A DNA stretch of 64,000 nucleotides from NCBI GenBank assembly GCA_964188305.1, contig OZ076888.1. The stretch is one strand, 5' to 3'. The number at the start of each line of letters is the position of its first letter. Position 1 is the first letter of the stretch. Position numbers and translations under genes: made by a program. Positions 1 through 12,655 of this stretch are shown piece after piece. The notes under the pieces were generated by a model that was not told the DNA's origin, did no database searches, and saw only the letters and a list, made by a program, of their open reading frames with translations. This DNA is from Podarcis bocagei (lineage: Eukaryota).

Positions 1-67
1 GCTTTGAACCCTAAACATGTTACACTTTTTCGGTTATGATTATTACATCTTTTCATTTTCTTTCCAG

Positions 68-130
68 GATCTGCTCATACTGTCTTAAGTAGTTACTGGT
101 CACAACAACTGGGGGGAAAGGAAATGTGTG
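68..130 (+). CDS. PBLD: PBLD (phenazine biosynthesis-like domain protein), penultimate coding exon
   Basis: Acceptor tttccag| at 67 and donor |gtaag at 131; 63 nt, phase 1-1. Encodes (G)SAHTVLSSYWSQQLGGKEMC, matching recalled PBLD GSAHAVLSSYWSQHLGKKEMH. Confidence 0.93.
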
Positions 131-1155
131 GTAAGAATCTGTCTTCATTTATAAGAATAAACCTTAGGGCTCAATAATTTAATAAATGTAATCTGTTAAA
201 AATAAAATCTGCAGAAACTTTAACTACACATTAATTTTTCCTCCTGTTTAGCCAGAGGGTCTGAAGGCAAGCAAGGGTTCAGGAATGTATATGGTCACAG
301 TGCTGTGCAAGGATATCAGGTGTATTAGTTTTTCCACCCTTGCCAAAATTGATGAAAGAAGAAATGTAAACCAAGCTGTTCTTTCCAGTTTGCATGCAGC
401 AGGGTAAAATTACTGTGGCTTTCCTTCTAAAAATAAGAACCATAGGCAAGTGAAGATGATATTGGTCACTTAAAATCAATGGCAATATGTCTTTCAAGCC
501 TGGATCTAAAGAAATACTTGTATTATTTTTAAGCTGTTTGGCTCTAGGTGAGTTAACATACATATGGGATTTGCTGTCCCCATATCTACTTGAAACTGTA
601 GATCAATTCACACATTACTCTGGTGTGGGGTAATTTTGTGCTCACTCAGGAGCAGGGCATTTAGCCCCATCCCCTGCATCCTTCCCCCAGACATGTGTTC
701 CATGTGGTTGTCTGTAAAGGAATTCTTATATGTAAGACCTTACATGGGAGCAGGATCTCGTGCATTAAGAGTTCCTTCACAGAACTGTAAGTTCGGAAGA
801 GACACTTTTCTTCCTAACTCAAAAACTCGCCTTCTTTGAAGGCTCTTCCCTGGCCCCCAAAGGTGGAGGGAGCACGAGGAGAGACTGTGCAGCATATAAC
901 ATGCACATAGGCTGCAGAGTTTTGTGGGGGGCAGGTGGAGTTTGCATCCTCCCCATTTGCTGTCTAGGGTGAGGGCTTCACCATAGCCGGTCAGTGGATT
1001 GGCTCTGCTGAGTTCAGTAATTCCATAGAGCTTTCCCCTTTCTTTAATCCATCTGCTGCTCATTAGTGACAACCAAGCATTGCAGCATGCATCGTTCATG
1101 GGGAACACAGATAATAGGAAATATAAATACAAGCCTCCCCCCTCTCTTTGTTTAG

Positions 1156-1268
1156 CATTTCAGTGTTCTGCTCGTGGAGGAAAGTTGAAGATTCTGCTTC
1201 GGTCTGATGGAAGAGTAGACGTCAGTGGCCAAACAGTCATTGTGTTGAAGGGTTTTTTGACCATTTAA
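1156..1268 (+). CDS. PBLD: PBLD last coding exon
   Basis: Acceptor ctctttgtttag|, in phase with the previous exon. Encodes AFQCSARGGKLKILLRSDGRVDVSGQTVIVLKGFLTI*, matching the recalled PBLD C-terminus (AFQCSxRGGEL...DGRVD...VLEGTL). Synteny with ATOH7. Confidence 0.93.
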
Positions 1269-1299
1269 GAAAATACGCTGAAAAAAAGGAGAGAGAGAA

Positions 1300-1315
1300 A
1301 ATAAAATGAAATAAA
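1300..1315 (+). terminator. Candidate PBLD polyadenylation signals
   Basis: AATAAA at 1300-1305 and 1310-1315, with further copies near 1542-1552. Site usage cannot be determined from sequence. Confidence 0.35.
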
Positions 1316-4135
1316 GCTCTTTGTCATTACAAATTTCCATTTCTTCTTATCGTTGCTGATGCAGATGAATATTTTACAGAGAAAACGACTACTTAAATCA
1401 AAAGGCAAAATGGACATAATTCAGAAGACAGGCAATTTAACTGAAATTTGATTTTATAGTTTTATCTGATTTTTATTTGTTGCATTGCATATTTGTAAAC
1501 TGCCCTGAGACTATTGTGGTATATAATTTTTTTTTAATTAAAATAAAATAAAATGTTTGTATACTTTTATTTCCATTACTATCCTCTTCTGTGCTATCCT
1601 GGCTGCTTGAGCCAGATCATAACAGATTAAGGAACACATTTATTTAATAATGTGTTGCAATTTCTGTCTAGCCCCTTTGTAACTGCTTGGGACAATTCAT
1701 TCCATGACTGTTTAATCCTGTCTTCGTAAATAGCTCTACGTATATAAGCTTGAATTTGGTAGACCTCTAAAGCAGAGTTAGAGACCGAATGCAATTCTCC
1801 AAACCTCTACTTCATATTATCCTTTTGTATTTTTGCCTGGCTGGAATGTGCCCTTGTACTCTGGTGATGCCTCTTGCTTTGTTGTACGTCTGTTGTACGC
1901 AGGTAAATTTTTTATTAATTGCTCCACCCATTTTTGCCTCTGTCCCTACAAGCCCCAACATCACATGGCCCCCAGAAGGTTGTCCAGAAGGGAATGTGGT
2001 TTTCAGGATGAAAAAGGTGCGGGCAGCAGTCTCCATCATATTTGAAATCAAGTCTCAGAAGCAAGTAAATCACACTCTGCAAGTTAGAGTTAACTCTTTA
2101 TAAGCAAGAACATGATTTGCACAGACTTGGCCCAGTGTCAGGCCTAATGAGGACAGAAGCTCATCCCTGGTACGTCTGATCCCATGGATCAGTTGCCAAG
2201 ACTAAAAGCCCCCACCTCCCCACAGCTGTCTTAAGTCCCCTCCAGGGTTTTTCTAAAGCAACATGAGACTGTGCCTGCATGAAGCTAGCTTCTTCACCCT
2301 TTTTATGCCTCCTCTTGTTCTGGGAAACTAGAGGGGAAGGGAGCTTTCTTTCCTTGGGGTGTTTCCTAGCAGCTTCCTTCTACCATTCCTCTGTGTCCAA
2401 CTAGTCCATGACCTCAGTCCTGGTTGGTTCCCTCTTTATTTTCCCCCCCAGGTCAAGCAGCTTGACTCATTGTTGCCACCATTTTAATTCCCTTATAATG
2501 CAATACCACACTTTGCCCTGCACCTGCCACACACACCGGAAGCTGGCCCTCTTTCAATAACCTAAACATGTAATACACATATATCCACCTAATTCTGGAT
2601 CCTCCAAAACTAGTTCGGGGGGGGGGGGCAGGGACTACAGAACAACAGAAATTAAAAATCTCTAAATAATACAGATAGTCGCATGCAACTACTTGAAAAT
2701 GGATGAGTGTCTTTTTCGTGGTTGCCAGCAATCTGTTAATGTGAAACTGCCATGTGATTTGGAAGATAATTTGCTTCTTCATGATTTAGAACTCCGAATA
2801 AGACCTCACCCAATTAAGGCATAAAGGTCAAATATTTGTCGGTGTGGGACCAGATGAGTGTGTACCTCTCATAGCAACTGACCTGAACCTCTGGGTAGGC
2901 TTCTTTAGAGGCTTTAAGCTCAAGTTGCCCTGAATAGTTTTCTATTAGACATGTTGATTGTTGGGTTTGCATACATGCAAAGAAGGGGAGCTGTACCAAG
3001 TTGAAATGCTAAAGAGCATCTGCTATACAAATCCTGGCTATTGCCCTGTTTTAAGAACATCAGAGCCATACTGGATCAGAACAAAGGTCCAGCATCCTGT
3101 TCTCACAGTGGCCAACCAGATGGAACCTGTAAGTAGGACCTTGAGTGCAACAGCATTCTCCCCACTTGTGATTCCCACAGCTGGTATTGGGCTGTCTAGT
3201 CCATACTGCACTGCTAGTCCAAGTCTTGGATAGTTGAACAGGGGTAGTAAAGTCTTACTGTTTGGGGCTGAATGCTTCACACCAACTGGCCTATCCAGGA
3301 GCACCACACAGACAATAATTTACCTATATGAAATGCTTGTATGACTCCTGTAGCTGCACTAAGGAGGCAATTACTGTTCACCTGTCCAGATTTAACAAAT
3401 AGACAATGCAGTTTTCTTTCCTGGGGGAATAAAATAATCAGCCGAGTCTAATAACTTTTTTAAAGCACGGCCTATCTAAATCTTCCTGACTAGACCAATA
3501 TAGTTGCTGCTTAACGCAGATTTCTTTATTCATTGTGTTGGGCTTTTTGGTACAGTTTATTTTTTCCTTTGTGTTCATTTCTGTGTAGTGCAGACAACAA
3601 CAAAAAAAGAGAAGCAGAGAGCTCAGGTGGGAGTCTGAGCTCTAAATGTGTTTGTAATCAACAGATTAGTTAATCAGTCATGATTTATTAATGATGAATT
3701 AATTATCCCTGATTTTGCATTTCTCCTGGCTAAATGGAGCTTTAAAGAGGTTATTTTATTAATCATCGTGGTGCTAATTGCAGACACTTACAGAAGGACT
3801 GCTAATTAAACATGCAACCGTGTGCAGAACGAGGTCTTGGCTGCTGAGAGTGGCAAGAATAGAAGACCTCGTTTTCTGAGCAGTGAAACTTCATTCCCCA
3901 TGAAATATTACTGTGTTGACCCGACCATACTAATTAGTTGCCAAGATCTGTTTTAATACATTACAGTTTTTTCCATCAGCAAAAATAAAATACCTGGTTA
4001 TGTGTGAGGTGTTTGTGGGATCTTTTGCTTCTTTTTGCATCCTCCCATTGGAAAGTTCAGTGTGTTGTTCTTCCATTGCCTCTCCTTGCTACCATTCTAG
4101 AGGTAAGTCAATACCACCAGTGTTGTGCAGATCTG

Positions 4136-4717
4136 TGTCATGAACTGGCAGGACAACGAGGAGGAGGGTGAGGATCCTGGCGAGGGGTGTAGCTGGGACT
4201 GGGACACACCAGGGCAAGCAGAGGATGGAGAAGGACGTACTCACAAGGGAATGGAGCATGGCGAGGTGATGGAGGACCCATCACCAGAGCCAGAGGGGCC
4301 CATGTACATGGGCTGTGAGGTGTAAGGAGCAGTGAGAGTGGCACTCTAGGAGGCTGAGGCAGGCAAGGGCCCATAGCCCAGCTCTCTAGCTGGCCAAGTG
4401 GGGCTCACTAGAACAGATGAGAGTCACCTGCCTCATCAAGCCCAGATGCTGCAATCAGCAGGCATAGTGTAAAAGGGAAGCAGAACTGAGGTGAGGTGTC
4501 TGCTCAACTGCCCTTGGTTTGGATGCTCCTGGACCACTTTGGGACTATGCTTTAGGATTGTCTCTGGACTGTATCCTGACTGGGACTTCAGACTTTGCTA
4601 CCTGGATTGACCCTGGACTGTGTTTCCTGAACTTTGGACTTCGCTTGTGTGGTCTGACACCCCCCCCCCCGACTTTGGACTTGCTACCAGGTAGGCCAAG
4701 GGCTCAACTTCAGGACA
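4136..4717 (+). mobile_element. Solo LTR (Gypsy-like), 582 bp
   Basis: Termini TGTCATGAA...TTCAGGACA; perfect 5-bp TSD ATCTG (4131-4135, 4718-4722); reiterated TGGAC motifs in the 3' third. Confidence 0.8.
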
Positions 4718-7700
4718 ATCTGGTTTCCCCCAGTCTATTTGTTGCTGTGAGCTGCGTCAATCCTCTCATGACAATAAGACAGAATGGGAAGCTCCAATGA
4801 TATTTAATCCCAGCTTCTTGCAGTTTAATCATACAAGAACATAGATTTATTCCCCGCCCCCGCCCGTGTTTCATAAGCCAGATCCTGCATCACCATAACT
4901 GGGCTGTTTTTATAAGTTATGGATATGAGGTTCCTCAGTTTGTTCCACACTTGCTCCTTTCTGTAGTAGGCAAAGTAGACAACCATGTCACACAGGGCAG
5001 GGAAGCTTCTCCCTCAGTTTGGGTCCAGGTGCTCTGTGTGCCCATTCAAAACCATTAGCGGAGATTATGAGGTCTGGAAGCAGTGATTTAAACCCTGAGA
5101 CAATAAATTGTGCAGGATCACTCTCTTCCACTCCCTCTTTAAAACAACATAAACGCAAACTAATTTTCCTATTTTGATTTTCTGCATCTTCAAGCTTGTT
5201 GCGAATACATTTTCTTTTTGTAATTCTTTGATCTTTTGTACTGGATTTGGCTTAATTTTTCTGTTGCTGTAGTTTCTGTTCTGTCAGTTTCATTTCCATT
5301 GGAAGCATTAGTGCTTTCTGAGTATTTTAAAGAAGCTCATTCATAGCTGGTTTTTGTGCTGCCAATTCTCTTAAGATATACCAAATTTCTTTCTCCAGTG
5401 AGGAAGAGGCCTTTATTGAGGGTGATGCCATCTTGATTGCGGCCTTCATTAGTGTCCTTGTTGAGACATGAGTCTTCTGTCTTGAGGTAGGCAGAATGGA
5501 GTGAGGCCTTTTGTTTTCAGCTTTTCTGAACCCATTCTCTCATTCTTCAAGATTTTTTTTTTTTTTGGGGGGGGGTTAGACAGCAAAGGCTTTTCCTCCA
5601 AGCTGTTTTTCTGGGTCTTGGAGCAGAGCTTAGAGTTTAAGCGGTCATCTTATTTCCTTTGTGGCCATGCCTGCCTCAGTCATTGGTTTTGAGAAATTTT
5701 CTGTGTTTGGGTGCAGTTTACATAAAGGTAATAGAATACTGGTAGGGTGGAGAGGGGATTTACAGTTTGTGATTGTGAGCATGCAACACAGTTACTTTAC
5801 CGCCTGCGATTGTTGTAATGTACAGCTCAGAACAGAATGAAATAACAAAATACCTGATAAGAAGCAGTAAATATAATGCTAATGGAGAAGTAAAACAAAC
5901 AGCCTTAAGGGTAAGACTAGACATTATACCTCAGGAAACATGTTCCCAAGCCCAAATTGGCCTGGGCAACAAAAATGTGTCGATTTGGGGGGGATTTATA
6001 GGGGAGAATTGACAGCCAGGAGGGAGTTCTTAACCTTTCCCACACCTGCCAGTTATCTCTTCCAGATAACCCCAGAGTTACTATTTGCTTAAAAGTATCG
6101 TTGGCTAAAAAGCAGGCAAAAATGGTTTGAAGGGCATCTGCAAAGGAAGATTGATGAGAAGGCAAAGAATTAAGCGGCCCATCTTTGGCTAACGAAGTAT
6201 AATGTGATACGGAAAAGTGAAATGAACACTGGGGAAGAATGTAAAACAAAATCAGGAAAAAGCCAACATTTTCCATATGAAGCTGTTTACATAATCAGTC
6301 TACTTGAGGAAAGTGTAAGGGACTTGAGGAAAGTCAAGAGGGAAATCAACCAAAGGTAAGTAAATTAGTAATAGTGATTGTCAGTGTTGGAAATAAAAAC
6401 CAAGAAGAAACAACTACTGATCTCTACACAGCAAGAGGTCATTGCTAGACTGATCATCCAGAAAGGAGGGAGGGGGTGAGGTAGCGGAGAAAAAGGAGGG
6501 ACGCTTAGTGACAGCTGAGGCAAATACTGTTGAGAAACGAACTGATTTCTTTGTCTCACCATCTAGTGACAGGGAAACTTATGCTAGAAAGACAATTTTC
6601 CCAGGGGAAAAGAAAGAAATGAAAATTAAAGGTGACACCAAAATAGGCCCCCCCCCCAAAAAAAAGGCTAGAAAGGAAGCAAAATGGTTGCTGTTGCATT
6701 TTGATGTTAGAGAAGTCAATAAAATGAAATATGAAATCATTTTGCCACAGCAGATGCTCTATGGACCAATCACCAAGGACTTTAAAAAAATAAATACAAG
6801 CATGAAAGCAGTGATGTAGAACCACTACCCTTGCAAACTTTGGTAAAGGAAAAAGGAATATGTTTAATTAATATAAGCTAGTTCTGGTTTATTTGCCTAA
6901 TTGGAAGTATATAAAAGTGTCCACAGGCAGTATAAAATACACACCCAGAACCTAGTTTTGAAAAAGAGCCAGTTGTTGCTATGAGAATGTTAAAGAACAA
7001 TGCATTTTGTTGGGGCAAACTCTGATGGAATAGGGGCAGGCAACACAGATGCATAGACTGTGTTCACACATCACCAACTACAGTGTTTTAACTGTGGCTG
7101 GGCACAAACAAGTAGCAAGCTAGCGCACACTGTTTTGAAGTCACCACTTTGTCCATGCTGTTCCTGGAAAAAGAAACTTGAAGCCTTGGCTTGCTGTGTT
7201 TTCCAAATCACAAGTGGTAAACCAGCAACAGACCTTAGCTACTGTACATGGTTCGTTTAGAGACAAACCACATACTCAGGTTTTGACAGCAGACAAGTAA
7301 TTTAATGTGATATGTAAACCATTACCGATCTTAGGGTTGGCCAAAAAAGCTCAATAACTTTTTCTGTCTGGATTTTCACTGTTTGAAATATGGCGACCCT
7401 ACATTGGGGACCTCTGCTTTGATAAGTTTATGAGGAATCCTAGAGTACCCTGATGCTTTATACCATCATTAATTTCTAAATGTGTCACCTTATCCATCTT
7501 TATTTTATTTTATTTATTTATATTAAAGTTAAACAATTTCATTGTAGACCAATTTGCTGTGAAGGAAATTTACTTTGGGAGAAATCCACTTTGGGATAAG
7601 TGGAGGTTGAGTGGTTAGTATTGTTCCCTCACTAGGTAATGAGGAAGTAAAGTTGTTTGCATGCATAGACAGCTATTTAAGAAAGGCCTTGATGCTTTAT

Positions 7701-7868
7701 TGGTCTAATATTGCAGCCTCTGGACAACATATAGTTAAAATATAAAAACGATTTTCCTGTCACTTTCCAAACTGCAAAAAGTAGCTTTGTCACACTAGGA
7801 CAGCAGAGAACTTTAATCCACTCTAACCACACAAACCAAAAATTCTGGTATGTGCTTGAATCCCTCTT

Positions 7869-7872
<4 letters not shown>

Positions 7873-7906
<34 letters not shown>
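7873..7906. repeat. (AC)17 microsatellite
   Basis: Read directly from sequence. Confidence 0.97.
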
Positions 7907-7909
<3 letters not shown>

Positions 7910-9254
7910 TCTTGACTGCATTTAAGTGTAATGTCTACTTTGGGTCTGTTTGAGCTGTGTTACGTCTCCTGCTGAAGTATCTATACTTTTTTTTTAAAAA
8001 AAAAAACCATTTAAGAGACTCTACATACTTAGCATTTTAAAAACAAAATGACATAATTAAAATCCTCACTGATAAGCACCCACAAGATACCTTTGATAAT
8101 TAGCTAGAAACAGCCTTGATAAAGTAACAATTTCAGCAGAAAAAAAACCACATTCAGAATGAGCACCTGCTCTTTTAAAATTACTCTGCTGCAGGTCCCA
8201 GCCCAGGAGAGTTTGCAGATGGTTTTATATTTACAAACCTGACCTCAGCAGCCCTTCATCAATCTTAAACCAAGCGATACTTCAGAAAGCATTGAACATT
8301 CTGTTCCAGGATACTGCAATCTTCATATGTTTGCTGACTAGAAGTCTAATTAATTAGGGATTTTGATTTTGAGCTTGTTTTTAACTCTTACCAAAAGCTC
8401 AGGACTGTGCAATGGGCAATTGGTTCTGGAGTATGTGGAACTCAGCTAGACAGTATCATCACTCATCAACTCATTCTAATGGCAAACTCAGGCAGTGAGT
8501 GCCGACAATTATGTAGCCAAACTTAGGTTAGAAATTAGCTCAGAATATTTGGGCATTGGGGCAGGGGAATTTTTAAGTTTTGTAATGATAGCTTGAATCT
8601 CTCTCAGTTGCGAATTGCTCTGAATGTTGATTGTGAACTAACAACATAACAAAATAATCAGGTCTCATTTGTGCCACTGGTTTGCCCCATTAGAGACTTT
8701 TAAAGCATGCATTACTGACCCTAGAGCTGCCATTGTTTAGCTACTTAAAGATCCTAGAGAAATTGCATGTTTCGTCATTATTTTTCACCTTCATTTTCTT
8801 TTGTTTATCAGCAGGGAGCAAAATATTTAATTAGGTCAGGGGCATTTATAATCTCTTCTGGGCCAGTTCCATCCATAACACTGGACGCCACTTCTAACTT
8901 AATTCCAGTCAGGCCTGCTACTCTACTAGAACATATGGATAACCTATAAGCCTTTAGTAAAAGGTGGCAGCCTCCCTGCTGAGAAAAGGCTATGCAAGAA
9001 AGCAGAAAGGCAGTCCACATCACTAGTGGAGGTCAAAGCAGCACTTAGACCAAACAGCATCTGGCGTACTGTGCCAATTGGAAATCAATGAGAAACTCTA
9101 GGTTGTAATTTTATGCCCATTTGCACAAGAAAATAACCCTGAATTAAAAAATAATAGGCCTCTGTCATTCACCATCGCAATACAGTTACGGTAATGCATC
9201 TCTGACAGTTGAACGGTTGACAGACCAAGCAATGGATTATGACATTGCTTATGA

Positions 9255-9380
9255 GAAGGTGAGCCAATGTGGTGCCTTCCAAAACAATTCCCATCATCCT
9301 TGGTCATTGGCTACGCTGGCTGGGGCTGATGGGAGTTGTAGTCCAACAACATATGGCGGGCACCACATTGGATACCGCTG
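9255..9380. mobile_element. Short non-autonomous DNA-transposon-like repeat (ACAACTCCCATCATCC...GATGGGAGTTGTAGT family)
   Basis: Internal inverted repeat; related copies at ~10135-10262, 23319-23458 and 31514-31646. Boundaries approximate. Confidence 0.55.
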
Positions 9381-10134
9381 GCCTAATGATGCTGAAGCTT
9401 AGCTACGTGAATACAGAACACCATTGACCAAGCAGTAATTTACCACGGAGAGCATCCAGTCACTCGATAAGCTAGTCTATAACATCCTACTGAAGTGGTA
9501 CATGCTACTACTGCACACAATTAAACAACAACAATTAAGAATGTGGAGGGTCAAATTCTCCGTGCCATATAGCAGGATTTATTTATTCATTTAAATAAAT
9601 TTATATCCCACCGTTGCTCCCACAGGAGTCCAAGAGCAGTGGCGGATTTTGGGCTCTTAAATTTCAGCACCCCCTGACTCTCTCACTCCGTTCTACAGCA
9701 TTCTTGTGGTGCCCAGTGCGGCCAAACCGGTCGCGTGACTCTAAAACCACCTCTGCCAGGACAGAAAATGCACAAATGATAAAACAATTTACAAATCTTA
9801 AAAAAAGTCTAAAAACAATTCCAAAGCAGATGTTACAGATACCTGGCCTGCTAAAATGTGATTTCATGCCCATCCTGTTGAATTACCACTTGGTAAATGG
9901 AAATCTTAGAGGAATTCCTATTTAGGATGCCAGTCTGCATTAATTATTATTACTTATATAGACTTTGGGTTAAGTTGGTTGTAATACATCTGGCATATCT
10001 TTGGTGCCTTCCCTGTTTCTTGTCCAAACAGCCAAGCTAGGAAACAGGCTGGCGCAAAAGACTACTCCTTCCCTATACCTTGCTAATTGGGCACATAGAA
10101 CTGGTTTTATTATAATAAATTGGATCTTGGATAT

Positions 10135-10262
10135 AAGGCAAGTGGGGGGAACCTGTGTCCCTCTAGATGTTGCTAGAATACAACTCCCACCATCCCTGGT
10201 CATTGGCCATGCTTAGTTTGGTCTGAGGGGAGATGGAGTCCAACGAGTGGAAGGCCAAAGGG
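10135..10262. mobile_element. Second copy of the same short palindromic repeat family
   Basis: tacaactcccaccatccctggtcattggccatgct...gagggagatggagtccaac resembles 9255-9380. Confidence 0.5.
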
Positions 10263-11399
10263 CAGCTCTACTATGGACCTAATGAAGCTTAGGTTTCAGG
10301 GCCCGTAATCCCAGAGGGGATCCAGAAGCAACTGACTCAGTATAAAGTAGCTTCCTATGTTCCTAAGGAAAGTGGTATCTACACACATATAAAAAATGCT
10401 GTGAAAATGCTTTTTAAAAAAATGTTTTTAAAAATACATTGAATTTTGCATAGTTCACTGTTGCCATCTAGTGTTACATTTGTATATTGCACTTTACAAC
10501 ACATTTAAAATGATTTATTTGCAGCTGTGTAGCTGAATCGTAAGATGAAACTATATTTGCTTATATCCACCCCCTGTTAAACTTTCATTTCGCAATCCCT
10601 ACCCCTGCTCTCTCTGTTGTTTACCCCACTGTTGAAATTTTGACTCCAAACTCTTGGGACAAGGACCTATCTTTCTTTCTTTGCTTAACTTTGTTTATGA
10701 AGTGTCATATACCATTATGATCCTAGATAAAGTACTAGCAAGCAAGCAGCTATTAACAGACTTGCGGCCTATTTTTGAGTAGTGGTTCTTGTTTCCAATA
10801 AGCACTGATTTGATCTAATAGCCTGGCATGTGCTTTTACAAAAACCACAGTGAATAAATAAATGATTTTGAAAGATGAGCCAAATAAAGCAAACCACAGG
10901 GTTGTAAATGAGACTCAATTGCAGTTTGATTAGCCATAAGAAAGGGGCCATGTTTAAGTTTCAGTTCCAAATGTGGTAATAATGTGATTGCTCAGTTTAC
11001 AAACCTTTGTGCAGCTATAACTATTTGTGAAAATTTTGTGCATATATCCAGTTAGAATGTTTGCTGGAATTTAAGTACAGATCTGATGCTCCAGGGTGGA
11101 AATAAACAGCTTCATGACAATCTTAAATTATATTTTCCATCTGTTTATATCTAAATCACAAATGGTTGTTAGGAAAGCAAATGATGGAGGGGAAAACAAT
11201 CAGTGCACAGTTGAAAGAACAAGTAATGATCTGGCTGGAACGAGAACATAATACAGTTCTTTAAAAATTGAAAATGTACCAGACATTTTGCTAATGAAAT
11301 AATGGGGGTGCCCGGGTGCCCATATTAACTACACCATTTAGGATGCAGAATATTAGGAGCAGAGTGACGGTGCCTAACAGACTAGGTTCAACATCTGTC

Positions 11400-11625
11400 A
11401 TGCTGGAGTCCACTAATGCTCAATTGCATCCTATTGTTTTCAGATTATTCAACTTCATTCATTGTCATTGCCTCTGTGAAGGATTAATCAACTGTTTGCA
11501 ACCACATGATGTTTTGGAGTCATAGTGGGAACAATTGGTCTACAGTTTTAGATCAAAATGCCATGTTACAAGTCTGAATGAAAAGATGACTCGTCCATTA
11601 ATACTCGGTAACAATTTAATTAGTC
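11400..11625 (+). promoter_or_regulatory. Candidate ATOH7 distal (primary) retinal enhancer
   Basis: Non-repetitive block 1.0-1.25 kb upstream of the TATA box. SOX-type sites (CTATTGTT 11431, CATTGT 11460, AACAAT 11530 and 11610), OTX-type GGATTA 11481, E-boxes CAACTG 11489 and CACATG 11503, RBPJ-type GTGGGAA 11525, TAATTA 11617. Motif-based only. Confidence 0.45.
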
Positions 11626-12102
11626 TGAAAATATATATAAAACATTGTTGCTTTGCTTTGTAACACACAGCACGTTTGGACGAGAAAATATTTGAAAGGC
11701 GTGGGGAGGAAACATCCTCACAATAAAACTAAAATAAGCTACAAAAATATTCTTCAACCTCTATACGTATAATAAGTAGCCTAAAAGTGAACGTAGCATA
11801 ATTAAATAATTTCATTGTCAGTATTTCTTGTCATTAGTCTTTTGTTTGACAGACTTCTTTATTATGTATTAAGCAGGCTTACAAGGCACTAATCAATACT
11901 TTGCTTGATGTTGATCTGGCTGTTTGAAATAGATGTGAAGAGGGTGTTTCTATATATTTTTGCTGGAGGTCAAGAATGTATATTTATATGAAGTCTGTAG
12001 TATGCATCCTGAGGCAACTGTAAGGTGGATTTCTAAATCCATTTTTTAAATAATTTGAATATTATAAATATTTAAAGTTTGGTTCAAATATATATAAGCA
12101 AC

Positions 12103-12105
<3 letters not shown>

Positions 12106-12137
<32 letters not shown>
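12106..12137. repeat. (AC)16 microsatellite
   Basis: Read directly; ~0.5 kb upstream of the ATOH7 TATA box. Confidence 0.97.
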
Positions 12138-12139
<2 letters not shown>

Positions 12140-12461
12140 AGGTTCATTGGTGCTTTATGAAATATTACACTTCTCACTGTGGCAGTTGGGAAAATCCCTA
12201 ACTCTGCCATATGCCCAACATGCTTCACTTTGCAGTTAGGCTTGTGTGTTCCTTTAAAACTGTTTGCAAATTCTCTTCCTCTTGGGCTTAGATATCCTTA
12301 TTAGCAGCAGCTTCTTCTCCCAACCAAGCACTTTCAAGCAAATTCAGACTCAATGCTGTGATGTGTCAGGAAAGGTTTTTGCTGAGCTGCAGAAGGTTAT
12401 TCATTGAAAAGACCTTTTGCTTAGCTGTCGTGATTCTTGTGGGGCCAGCCAGACACTAGTC

Positions 12462-12655
12462 CAGATGGCAAGTTGTTAGTGCTGGACAGACATGGCTTTG
12501 GGAGACTTTTCAACAGATGAAGCCTGCAATGTCAGGATTTTGTTGGAGGAGGTTTTTTTGTGTCGTTCCCAGGGTGGGAAGGTGCTGGGATGGAAATACA
12601 GGGCCGCCCACCCACCTGCTGCCACCTGTTCAGCTTTTGCCAGTGCCTCTATAAA
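12462..12655 (+). promoter_or_regulatory. ATOH7 proximal promoter: four E-boxes and a TATA box
   Basis: CAGATG at 12462 and 12514; tandem CACCTG at 12613 and 12623, one helical turn apart; TATAAA at 12650-12655; GTGGGAA at 12574. Fits the known paired-E-box/TATA architecture of vertebrate Ath5/Atoh7 promoters. Confidence 0.75.

Noticed and set aside
1789-2103. Overlapping ORFs on both strands downstream of PBLD
   Set aside because: No homology or splice context; consistent with chance ORFs.
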